Source of the DNA: the human T2T-CHM13v2.0 reference genome, Homo sapiens | Assembly: GCF_009914755.1 (NCBI RefSeq) | Contig: NC_060946.1 | DNA length: 64,000 nt | Reading direction: 5' to 3' (one strand) | Shown here: positions 38,831 through 64,000 of the stretch, piece by piece | How the letters are laid out: every line of letters starts with the position of its first letter | Position numbering within the stretch: the first letter of the stretch is position 1 | Notes under the pieces: generated by a model | The model's input: the letters and a program-made list of their open reading frames with translations, nothing else | The model's database searches: none | Told to the model about the DNA's origin: nothing | Made by a program: the position numbers and the translations under genes

Positions 38831-39180
38831 CCCAGGACCCACTTTCTTGGCAACTCCTCTGCTTTTTAGCCTTGAGATGGGGATGACTGGTCAGAGCCTG
38901 GCCTGAGAGCCAAGTAGCAAAGGGATTAGGGATAGGTGTGGTTTTTAGAATCTTAATAATAATAATAATAGTAATAGTCATAAGAACTACTAATCCAACT
39001 GTCCTTGTTGATGGCATCAGTCCAGCATGGGCACCGGAGGTCTGAGGGCTCAGGGCCACCCAGCGATTCCATGTGTGTGGCCTAATTAGTTACATTCCAA
39101 TAGCAACCCTCAGGGCAAACCACTCGTGCCAGACTCTGTAGTGGGTGCTTTACCCATAGCAGCATCAAAAACAGCATTTT

Positions 39181-39950
<770 letters not shown>

Positions 39951-40446
39951 ATGGTGGCTCTTAATATCATTGTCCCTACAATACACCAGCAAGCTGGGCT
40001 TTATAACCCTACTAAAAGGGTAGAAACTGAGATTCAGGGAGATGAAGTGGCTCCTGAAGTCACAATGACAGGGACCAAAACCGGGACCAGAACCCACAGC
40101 CAGGTTCTCTTTCCTGAAATCCCCCGCTGCCTCCCTAGAGAACTCTAGCTCACTAAATATGGCTTCTAAACCCTTTGCTAACTGGTTACAGCTCAGTCTC
40201 CTGGGTAGAGGCCAGGCTGGCCGCCCCTAGAGAATCTAAGACGTCTGGACCAGTGACCATCTCCTCTCCCCTCCTCCACTGTCCAATTTAATTTCTTGTC
40301 CATTTTCTGGGCACTGAGTAGGCACATGGCTATTCCTCCTGCTCTCCCTCAAGCAGGAGCAGTTGTCCCAGTTACTACATGGCACCCTCTCTTATTTCAC
40401 TGAGAACACTCTTAAAATGTCACCTCCACAAAGACGCCATCGCTAA

Positions 40447-40822
<376 letters not shown>

Positions 40823-41012
40823 CCTTCCCTTGCTTTAGTTTTCTTCATGTCCTTGCCATGGCCTGACAAATTGCACACTGTGTTGCTTTATCCATTTACT
40901 CTTTGTCTTCACTAAAACATAAACTCCAGGAGGGCAGGAACTTTTAGGGTTAGTCCCCTGCCCTATCTCCAGTGCCTACAACAGCCCTGCATTTAATAAA
41001 TGTTTGTTGATG

Positions 41013-41175
41013 GGCCAGGCACAGTGGCTCACGCCTGTAATCCCAGCACTTTGGGAAGCCGAGGCAGGCAGATCACGAGGTCAGGAGATCGAGACCATCC
41101 TGGCTAACACAGTGAAACCCCGTCTCTACTAAAAATTACAAAAATAATAATAATTAAAAAATTAAAAACAAAAAA
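41013..41175 (+). mobile_element. AluY-like left arm only
   Basis: gagatcgagaccatcctggctaacac. Confidence 0.75.
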
Positions 41176-41617
41176 TGTTTATTGAATCAATAAATGACAC
41201 TGAGCCAAGGCTGTGAAGCTGTGCTGATGAACCATCTGGGACTGTAGGGGACTGTCTTGGTGACATTCTAAGAAGTACTCTTACACAAGTACAAACTAAT
41301 TGTCCTGGAAGTACAGGGAAGGCAGAGATCAGTTCTGACCTCTGGGCAGGGACGAGGAGGCCTCTGAGTGATCCCTTTAGGCTGGGTGAAACTTCAAAGG
41401 TGGCAATATAATGAGAGAGAGAATCTCATGTGGAAGGAATGGCAAGGGCAGTCAAGGGCAAAGCTGTTTCCAGGGGCAGAAAACCGGGTTAGGGAGACCA
41501 ATCCATGTGGCTTTGGGTTTAGGGTTGATAAGCAGGTGAGGAGGAGGCTAGGGCAGGTTGCAGAGGGCTTTGAATGCCAGGTTGTTTGGAGTTTACAAGT
41601 CTCTGATAGTGTCCTAA

Positions 41618-41996
<379 letters not shown>

Positions 41997-42059
41997 TAAT
42001 AGCCTTTTAATAGGCTCCCATGATTCAGTTGGGGCATAAAAGATTTTACAATGAAAATC

Positions 42060-42790
42060 TCCTTTCCACTTGTATTCTCACGGCCCCCGCCAGGGAAATT
42101 TGCCCACCCGGAGAAGTAACCAACGTCCTTATGTTTTGTGTCCTGCTCCAGCCGATTCATGTTTACAGCGAGTCCCTCACACCCGCCGTTTCAGGTTACA
42201 TACACGGGCGGTGCAGCGGAGAGCGCGGCGGCGAAGTTTCAGGCCCCTGCCCAGCCCCACTCGCCGCAGCCAGGTAGCCCCTCCACCCTTCCTGCCCGGA
42301 AGTCCTGCGCGCTCCACCCAAGGACAGGTGGGTTAGCCAGGGCACGCCCACTTCCGTCTCATTAGCCTATCGACTACGTTATGCAAATTGACACACGACC
42401 CCGCGCCTCACGACAACCAATGGTAGCGGAGGCGCCGCAGGTCGCCCAGGTTCCCGTTCTCAGGATGCTCTGGGAGCTCTGCCACGTTTCTGCTGTGGCA
42501 GGAAGAACTGAAATTCCAGAAGCCGGAGAAACAAGCCGCCGTCAAGACTGCTGAAGCGAGGCCTACGGCCCTGTAATCACACAAGCTCAGGCTTCACGGA
42601 AGCTGGAGGCCATGTCGCCTGATCCCCGGGCTGACCCCTTCCCTCCCTCCGCGTAGTTCCTGCCAAGCTCCAGGTGCCCGGTGCCCACGTAGTCTCGGTG
42701 AACGCAGAGAAATCACTGCAGATGTAGCCACGCTTCTCTGAGTTAAGGACTCGGCGTCCGCAGGAGAGCCAAGGCCTCGCTGCTGGGGGT
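42060..42790. promoter_or_regulatory. Second CpG-rich promoter/enhancer-like element
   Basis: Repeat-free and CpG-rich. ETS CCGGAAGT 42296-42303, GGCACGCCCAC (Sp/KLF-like) from 42341, CACTTCCG (ETS) ~42349, octamer ATGCAAAT 42381-42388, CCAAT 42417-42421. Confidence 0.65.
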
Positions 42791-42809
42791 CAGAGCCTCT
42801 CAGAGAACA

Positions 42810-43795
<986 letters not shown>

Positions 43796-44134
43796 GAGTT
43801 AAGGTTTTCAAAGCACTTGGCACAAAGCCAGGCCACGTGTGGTAGCAGAACCATGGCACCTCCTGGAAGCTGGTTTCATCTCATTAGCTGTCTTCTGGAT
43901 ACGATATTGTTTGCCCTGCCTGCCACATAGGATTGTCATGAGTTGTAAATGACTTATGACACGTTTATAAACAGAAAAACATTACACCAATGTTAGTTAG
44001 TGGTATGGTGAGGCAGCCAGCACACTGGAAAAAGCATGACCTTGGCCCTGGCTGGGCCTTTTATTTACTGTGTGACCTTGGACGGATGATTTCACCTGCT
44101 GAATTGGTATTATGAGAATATATTCTTTTTTACC

Positions 44135-45088
<954 letters not shown>

Positions 45089-45911
45089 ATTATTTTTCAA
45101 CTTCATAGGTCAAGGCCTCCTCCCCTGGGGTAAGGAGAAGCCCAAATGCAAAGTTTACCCTGTTGTCTACATGCTAGAATTTACCATGGAAAACCAGAGT
45201 CATGGTTTTTCCTAAGATCAATGGGGAAAATGTCCAAACCCTAACAAGGGTCACCTCTGAATGGAGTGGCCACTCATTGCTGTCAGCATTCTCAAAGCCG
45301 CTCTGAAGTCATGGTCTATGGAGGGAAATGACCTCGGTTTGGAAGCCCTCGGGCTGGAGTTCCCTCAGCATCAGAGGTATCCAGGGACGCTGGGTGAGTC
45401 ACTCCTCCCCAGTGGACTTGCCCTTCAACCTTGATGAGGACGAACACCTCATTAAGGAGCAATAGCTCTCCCCTCACCTTAATGCCTTACATGGGGTTGG
45501 CGTAGCCCCGGGCCATCCTGCCAATCCACTGTGAGACTTCTCCAGCTGTCCTAGGATGCCTCTGGCCTTGGACAGCCTTCCTGTTCTTCCTCCTCTGGGG
45601 CCCACAGTCTGATCCTGACCCCCACCATTCTTCATTGCAGACTCTCATCCAGCTGGAGAAAGGAGGGGTGGGAGAATGCCAAGGCCCAAGCCCACTTTCT
45701 CTGCTGTGCCCACCATCACGTCTTCGCTGCGTGTGGCAAGTGCCCCTGCAGTACAGGGCTGCTGTACAAATCATTCATCAAGGCAGGCGAGAGAGAGACT
45801 GACATCTGGGGTATAGGCTTTTAACTACCTCATCCTGGAAGTGACATATGTCACTTTCACTGCCATATCATTAGCCAGACCTAGCCACAGGCCCACCCAT
45901 GAAAGGATCTA

Positions 45912-46870
<959 letters not shown>

Positions 46871-46966
46871 AACAGTCGGGATCTTTCTGCTCAGCCTTTC
46901 AGCCAACATTGATTGACTCCAGAATTAGAGGCCATTAGAGTGGGAAGGACCTTGGGAACCATCTCA

Positions 46967-47612
<646 letters not shown>

Positions 47613-47839
47613 ATAGAGTCAAACCCTCTTTTACAGATGAGAAAACCAAAGCTCAGAAAGGGTCAGTGACTTCCTCAAGGCCACGAAGAGAGTAAATGAT
47701 AGAGCTTGGATCACAATCCCAGCTTCCTGGCCAGGGCTCATAACACCTGTAGCTGTCACCTGTTGCCTCTGCCCACCCAGTGTCATACCCGTCTCCTGAC
47801 AACAGCATGTCCCCTTTCCCTTTGGGGAGTCACCAGCCT

Positions 47840-49290
<1,451 letters not shown>

Positions 49291-49727
49291 CAGCTGGGGA
49301 CAGAGTGCCAGGATTCAGAGCAGCACTGGTCAGACACCAAGTGTCCATTGAGGGGCTGCGGGGAAAAGTTGAGTGCAAAATGCTGATTCTGCCTTTCACA
49401 AGCCAGGGACACAGGCAGCAAGGGGTGCCTAGGACACTGTTCTAGAGCAGCATCGTAGACATCCAGGCTCTCATTTGATCTCGTCCCCAAAAAATAAGCA
49501 GAGGAAGCATAATCATCTCGGAATGATGAGGAATCCATGGCTCAGAGAGATGAGGTCACTTGCCCAAGGCCACACAGGAAGTGGCAGAGCTGAGGTTTAG
49601 CCCAGGTGTTTTCAAGTCTCAGCCAGGGCGCTTGGTGTTCCTTTGGCCACTCCCCATGGGGCTGAGTTCTGCCTGGAATCACAGCCAATATCTGCTGAGT
49701 GCCTGCCATGTGCCGGGAACCACGTAA

Positions 49728-50978
<1,251 letters not shown>

Positions 50979-51044
50979 ATGTAGGAGGTGGGACTCGACT
51001 CTGGAGGTGGGGCTCACACATTGAACCAAATCAAGGACTAGCTA
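50979..51044 (+). mobile_element. 5' fragment of an ERV1 MER4-group LTR (PABL/MER41-like)
   Basis: tgtaggaggtgggactcgactctggaggtggggctc...aggactagcta resembles a recalled LTR start. Family uncertain. Confidence 0.4.
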
Positions 51045-51542
<498 letters not shown>

Positions 51543-51955
51543 TCATTAACAAAAGGCCAATGTTTGGGGAAGAGCCTTTGCCCTCCTTTCAGGGCCTCAG
51601 CTGGGGCTCAGGGAGATAAGGCGGGAGCAAAAATAAAACTGAAAATGTGTTTACTCTGAGATGAAAGTGCATTGCTAAACGCTAGCCGCAAGGACTTGTA
51701 TACAAAAACCACATGTCTGGGGGTGTTCTGGAATGTCACAAACTGCAATGGCAAGAAAAGGCAGCAGGCAGGACCAGGACTCTGCTCCGTGGGAGCCCCC
51801 TCTGGTGCCCTGGCTCTGTCACCTCCTAGGGTCTGTGATCTCTCAAACCGGACCTCAGACAGCCTGAGCAGCCCACCCAGCCACGTGAGCCACCGTGCCC
51901 AGCCTGATTTCTTTCTTTCTTTTGTTTTCTTTCACTTTTTAAACAGAGACCAGCA

Positions 51956-52485
<530 letters not shown>

Positions 52486-52769
52486 CTAAAGTCTCACAAA
52501 GCCACTGGCCGGAGGAATTTCTCTAGGGACTCCCAGGAGCAGCTGAGGAAACATGAAGGAGTGGACATTCCCAGAAGCCAAAGAAAAGTCGTTTGGTTAC
52601 AGAGACTGGTGTCTGTGTTCTTCTAGAAAACATGGGCTCTGCTGAGATCAGGGAAGACTCTGACAGGAGCCACCAGGCAGAATCCTCCAGACAGACTAGA
52701 ATGAGTACAAAGGAGAACAGAACAGCTGTTGCTGGGCGTTTGGACTGAACAGACCTTTCTCACGTGTTG

Positions 52770-53080
<311 letters not shown>

Positions 53081-53265
53081 TAATTTGAGATAAAACAGAA
53101 GCCATGTACCTTTGAATTATTCTAACCAAAAGTCTCCTGTTGGGACTTACACAGAACCACTAACTGTCAAGTGTCTGCTGGAAGCCTCAGTTTCCTCATG
53201 TGTAAAGTGGGGAAAATAATAGTGCCTGCCTCCTAGGACTTAAAGTTGTTTGTGAGAAATGCTTA

Positions 53266-54561
<1,296 letters not shown>

Positions 54562-55113
54562 CTACTCTTGATTCTTTTCTTAACTCGCTGGCAAGCCTGA
54601 GGCAAATCCCTTGTCACCTCTAGGATTCTACTAGCACGTCTGCGAAATGGGTGTTGTTGCCTTACGACATAGGTTTTCAAACATGTATGTTTCACAGTGA
54701 AACCCTTTGTGCAAAAAAAAAATCTTAGGCTAGAAGCCGGCACTGTTAGGACTCCAGTATTTTGAACCCTGGTGGGACTTACATCTGCCAGCACCGGTGA
54801 CACTTTGCTGAAGGGCTCGACTCGAGCTCAGGAGGCTGCAAGTGCTGAGGACGTAATGCCCTTTGGGAGCAGCTCTCAACTTAGCCTGTGCTCGCTCAAC
54901 GCTTGGGCAAATAACTGGGAGGTCCCGTTCACTAGGTAGATAGCTCCTGCTTCCCTTCTCTGTCTCACTCACCCACTCCCTTATCTAAGTTGCCTGGGAT
55001 CACAGTCCAAATCAACCACATGTACTCAAATTTTTGTCTCTGATCTGCTTCTGCTTCAAACCAAGTTAGGATCCCCAAATGCAAAACAAGTACCAGCTAT
55101 GGTCCCAGGAGGC

Positions 55114-55171
55114 AGGCGGGTCAGTGAGGGCTGAGCTGTGCAAGGCGGGTCAGTGAGGGCTGAGCTGTGCA
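55114..55171. repeat. Perfect 29-bp tandem duplication
   Basis: aggcgggtcagtgagggctgagctgtgca x2. Confidence 0.9.
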
Positions 55172-55219
55172 GGGGCCTTCCCCAGGGGTGGGCCTGCACA
55201 TGGGCCTTGAGCAATAGAT

Positions 55220-55548
55220 TACTTTATTATTTATTTGTTTATTTATTTTTATTTATTTATTTATTGAGATGGAGTTTTGCTCTTGTTGCCCAGGCTGAAG
55301 TGCAATGCTGCGATCTTGGCTCACTGCAACCTCCACCTCCCGGAGTCAGACAATTCTCCTGCCTCAGTCTCCCAAGTAGGTGGGATTACAGGTGTGTGCC
55401 AGCACACTCAGCTAATTTTGTATTTTTAGTAGAGACAAGGTTTCACCATGTTGGTCATGGCTGGTCTTGAACTCCTGACCTCAGGTGATCCACCCGCCTC
55501 GGCCTCCCAAAGTGCTGGGATTACAGCCGTAAGCCACAGTGTCTGGCC
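55220..55548 (-). mobile_element. AluS
   Basis: Dimer with (TTTA)n tail. Confidence 0.86.
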
Positions 55549-56478
55549 TCAATAGGATACTTTAACAAGGAAAGGATTGACCAAAACATGGTTAGGTTGG
55601 GCGAGTAGGGTGGGGAAGGAAGGGACTAAACAGAAAAGCCCAACTAGAGAGGGAAGCTCATGAGCTGAGACACCCGGTGGTGGGACCCTGACTTGACAGT
55701 GCTCTGTCCCATCCTCCATGGTGACCAGGTTGCTCAGTTGCAGTGCTCTCCATATCTTCCCTTTTCACCCAAGACTATGTTCCTCTTTTGACCAAGAAAG
55801 TAGCCCAAAAGGGATTGTGGTCACTTTCTTATCAGGCCTGTGGTGGAGGCAGAGGATACACGTCAGGCCTTTCCCAGGCCCACGGCCCCAAGCAACTCCT
55901 CCAAGGATGACATCCCGGCTCTGCCAGGGCCACTGCAGGACACCTTCCAAACTCTGAGCCGGACGAGGGAAGGAGCTCCATGCAGTGTCCTGCGATTCAG
56001 GCCCGATGCACAGTGGGCAGCCTGTTCCTAGGGAGTGGGCACTGGGAAGGGAGTCCAGCTGCTGACTTACGGCATGGCCTCACCCAAGAGTCTTTATCCT
56101 GAACTTCTTCAGAATTTCCTCCTGAATTTCTTCAACAACATCCACACACCAAGATCATGGGACAGGATATGTGAAAGAGCTTCATGAACCACAAACCATA
56201 AACAATCGTGCAATTCAGCTGCAAGTTATTATTCCAGAGGCTTCTGGGGGGCAAAGCCCTGTCCTTATTCCACATTGTGTCCCAGAGCCTGGCACAGGGC
56301 CTGATGAATGGCAGGAGCTCAGGCTTTGCTTGTTGAATGAATGAATGAATGAGGGAATGAATGACAGAGTGGATATGTCATCCAGTTTGACAATTCAATC
56401 CAACCAACTATCGCTGAGGGCCTACTATGTGCAGGAGCTGGGCTGGGCACTGAGGAAAATCACAAATAACAGATGGGG

Positions 56479-56778
<300 letters not shown>

Positions 56779-57048
56779 TTAAATTTCAGTTTCTTTAAGC
56801 CAACTGAGTCAAGTTTCCGTCATTTGCAAAAGATAAAGTCCGGATTAACACACTTAAGTTTACGGATGTAATTCAGTAACACCCCTTCTCAGGGATGCCT
56901 ACCCTGAACACCACGTGGCTCCTCCCTGCTCCAGCACTCTCTCCTCCTACCATTTGGTTTTATCCTCTGCTTGTTGTTCCTTAGCATCTTGCGTGTGAAT
57001 TGTGCCACTCCAATAAGATTTGAGGCACTGTTTAAAAACTTTGTTTTT

Positions 57049-57344
<296 letters not shown>

Positions 57345-57360
<16 letters not shown>

Positions 57361-57615
57361 AAGGAAGAAAGGAGGGAGGGAGGGAGGGAGAGAGAAATTG
57401 ATTCACAAGGCAAGGAAAAGAAAGAAAGAAAGAAAAAAGAAAAGAAAGGAAGGAAGGAGAGGGAGAGAGAGGAAGAAAGAGAAAGAAAGAGAGAAACAAA
57501 GATTTCAGAAGACTCTAACATAACAAAAAAAGAAGAAAGAAAAACAGAAAGAGAGAGACAAAAAGAGAAAGAAAGTGAGAGAAAGAAAAAGAAAGAGAAA
57601 AAGAGAGAAAGAAAG
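57345..57615. repeat. GA-rich low-complexity tract
   Basis: Almost pure purine on the plus strand. Confidence 0.85.
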
Positions 57616-57640
57616 GTGGTTAAAGAAAGCTCAGGTGTGG

Positions 57641-58126
<486 letters not shown>

Positions 58127-58129
58127 TCA

Positions 58130-58500
58130 GGTGTTTTCTGGGCTTCTGTGCATTTCTGCTCCTCTCTGGGTTTCTGTCTATCTCTGACTCTCCCTGTGTC
58201 TCTCTCTTCCTCCCACACTCTTGCTGTCTTTCTCTGTGTAGTAACTTAATTTCCCCCTCTTGTTTCCTTTTCTCTTGTCTCTTTCTCTATGCCTCTGACT
58301 GCTCATCTTCTGTTACCTTCTGTCTCTGGTTCTCTCCTTTCTGTGTCTCACTGTATTTTTATTTATTTATTTTTTTGGTCTCTCCCAGTCTCTTCCAACT
58401 CCTTCTGCCCTTTTCCCTTCCTCTTCCTCCTCTCCCTGCCCCACTTCCTCCCTCCCCCTCCTCCTCTCTCCTCCCATCTCTTTCCCTGCCCTGTCTCCCC
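58130..58500. repeat. CT-rich low-complexity tract
   Basis: Pyrimidine-rich on the plus strand. Confidence 0.75.
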
Positions 58501-59124
58501 CTGGAGCTCCCACACAGGGACCCAGCTGGCCTCTCAGAGAGAAGAGGCTCCCTGGAGGCCCAGCAGGAAGTGCAGTTTCCCCTTTGACCTGTCAGCTGGC
58601 CACTGGGGACGCAGCTTCCCTCCCACTCCTGTCCACCCAGGCAGCCTGTGAAGACTCCCTGGAGCTGGGGATAGAGTTTTGAATCTCGCCATTTGAGGGG
58701 CTCTGAAGACAGGCTTTACCCGGAGTGGGAGAGAAGGGGACTGGGCTCCAGGGGAGGAGAACCCCATTTTCACGGGGCACCTCCTGGGTGCTGGTTCTCC
58801 ACCAGGTCCTGGGGAGAGGGATTGTCAAAGGCCACAGTCCCTTTCTGAGAGACAGAAAGACACAAAAGGGAAAGAGCCGGGGGATGGGGGGCAAGAGAGG
58901 TCTCTGTGGAGGCAGGGCTTCCGGGCCAGCCTGGATGAAAAGAACCACCCCCACACATTGCAGGGCTCCTAAGATATTTTTACAGGGACTGAAGACCCTT
59001 AGGAGGGGCGGTGTGTTGTCAGAAAGTGTCCAGGAGTCGGAGTCAGAGGTCCGGCTTCCGAGTGCATTTCCACCATGCTGTGTGCCACCTTGGCCATCTG
59101 GAGTAACCTCTCCCCGCCTGTTTG

Positions 59125-59991
<867 letters not shown>

Positions 59992-60050
59992 TTTCTTCAT
60001 GTATAAAATAGGCGTAAGCGACCTGCTTATTATAAAGGGGTACAGAGTCA

Positions 60051-60816
<766 letters not shown>

Positions 60817-61051
60817 CCTTTCAAAGGAAGAAGGTTTTATGGGCCTGACTCAGTTTAATCTTCCCAACAAGCAGAGGTGTGTGTGGGGCTGGTAGATGCG
60901 GTGTTTAGGGCTGTTAACCCATATTACAGATGAAGAGATTAAGGTTAAGATCACACCATCATTAAGCATTGGAGCTGAAATTCAGATCCGGGTCTGACCT
61001 CACATCCCATGCTCTTCCCACCTGCAAGTTTTCTTTGAGACTTCAGGACTA

Positions 61052-61946
<895 letters not shown>

Positions 61947-62051
61947 AGCTCAGTGAGGGTAGCTATTGTCATTACTACTATTTTAATTATTTTTTAAAAA
62001 AATTTTCCCATGTTTTAAAATCCTCCATTCATGGCAAACTATTAGTTAATT

Positions 62052-62350
62052 CTTTTTTTTTTTTTTTTTTTAGATGGAGTCTTGGTCTATTGCCCAGGCT
62101 GGAGTGCAGTGGTGCAATCTCGGTTCACTGCAACCTCTGTCTCCTAGTTCAAGCAATTCTCCTGCTTCAGCCTCCCAAGTAGCTGGGATCACAGGCATGC
62201 ACCACCACACCCAGCTAATTTTGGCATTTTTAGTAGAGACGGGTTTTGCCGTGTTGGCCAGGCTGGTCTGAAACTCCTGACCTCAGGCGATCCACCCGCC
62301 TCGGCCTCCCAAAGTGCTGGGATTACAGGTGTGAACCACTGCACCCGGCC
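62052..62350 (-). mobile_element. AluS
   Basis: Full dimer. Confidence 0.87.
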
Positions 62351-62579
62351 GGCAAACTATCTGAATTCTGATCAGGATTCTGGGATAAGACAGCAAGATG
62401 AATGGTGTTGGATGCTTATAAAAGTATCCTTTTTTTGGGGGGGGGGGGGTTCGGGTAAAAAAAGTACTGAACAGGGAGTCAAAAAATCCCAGATTGAAGG
62501 TCTTTTTTGTTCCCTAATGATCAATGAATCTTGAGCAAGCCACTTCTTTGCTTGCCTTGGTTTCTTCATCTTTAAAAAA

Positions 62580-63026
<447 letters not shown>

Positions 63027-63704
63027 GTTTCTTCAACTTTAAATGGAACGATGAAGCATGCCTGCCTGGCTTCTGGATTTGTGTGAAGATCAAATTGAAT
63101 TAGGTCCGAAAGTGCCTTTTGCAGGTTGTAAAGAGCCATTCGGACATAAAGGCTCAGTTTGTCTTCACCATCTTCCCAGGAAGCATCTGCTGAATGGGGT
63201 GACCAGTAGGTCACTGGAATGAGTCACCGAGGTAACACACTAGCAGTGCCGAATGAACAGCGGCTGTCATATTGACCCACTAAAACACCAGGTGGACAGG
63301 GGATTATCATTGGAGGCCCAGAGTGCTTAGGTGACGTGCCCAGGGTCTCACTGTTACAGAGGGGGCTTAGGGTCTGGGATGGGCCCAGGACTTCCCAACT
63401 CCTGGCCCTGTCCTTGCTGCTCCCCGACCCTGCCCATTCCAAAGGTAAACTGAGCCAGTGGTCCTCCATCTCAGAGCAGGCCTGAGTGTGTGCTGACCCC
63501 AAGCCAGATGCAAGAGTTACCCTAAAATCTTCCTGCCCTAAGGGCTTTACAAGTTGGTTAGTCCTGGGATCTTTCCATGTAGCTATACGTAGCAAACCAT
63601 GTCTCCCAAGGACGTCCTACCTGGAACGCCAATGGGCAGGACAGAGAAAGTGGAGTCCTGAGTCTCACCCTTACCCACCGCATCAGCTCCGCAGCCTTGG
63701 GGAT

Positions 63705-64000
63705 TTTTGTTTGTTTGTTTTTGAGACGGGGTCTCACTCTGTCACCTAGGCTGGAGTGCAGTGGCATGATCATGGCTCACTGCAGCCTCAACCTCCCGGA
63801 CTCAAGTGATCCTCCTGTCTCAGCCTCCTGAGTAGCAGGACCATAGGCATGTGCCACCATGCCCCGCTAATTTTTTCTATTTTTTGGTAGAGATGGGGGT
63901 CTCACTATGTTGCCCTGGCTGGCCCCAAACTTCTGGGCTCAAGTGATCCTCTTGCCTCAGCCTCCCAAAGTGCTGGTATTACCGACATGAGTCATCACCG
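63705..64000 (-). mobile_element. AluJ
   Basis: Diverged dimer running to the window end. Confidence 0.85.

Noticed and set aside
42381-42700. snRNA gene driven by the octamer
   Set aside because: I cannot recognise a PSE or any U-snRNA/7SK/Y RNA body on either side. Kept only as a promoter-like element.

Overview
Human (or very closely related hominid) genomic DNA, extremely Alu-dense. I recognise it as the 5' end and upstream region of MYH9 (non-muscle myosin heavy chain IIA, 22q12.3), transcribed on the minus strand. Positions 1-19981 are the promoter-proximal part of MYH9 intron 1, about 19982-20142 is the non-coding exon 1, and about 19100-20620 is its CpG island/promoter, with a perfect CArG box at 20674-20683. 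The remaining ~43 kb is intergenic: roughly 80 Alus (including two young AluYa-lineage copies, which support a human origin), L1/L2/MIR/MER5/MLT1 relics, a MER41A solo LTR, a second small CpG-rich promoter-like element at ~42.1-42.8 kb, and a processed RPS15A pseudogene at 53389-53811. There is no protein-coding exon in the window, and almost all ORFs in the track are Alu-derived or GC-rich chance frames. I do not see a new multi-gene biological system. The best leads are the orphan octamer/ETS/CCAAT promoter-like element, a short hairpin RNA retrocopy nested in an Alu linker, young and probably polymorphic Alus, a recent 146-bp tandem duplication, and a cluster of collapsed inverted-Alu junctions. 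Repeat subfamily names and the locus identity come from recalled consensus/mRNA sequence rather than a search, and repeat boundaries are approximate (about +/-10-20 bp unless a TSD is given).
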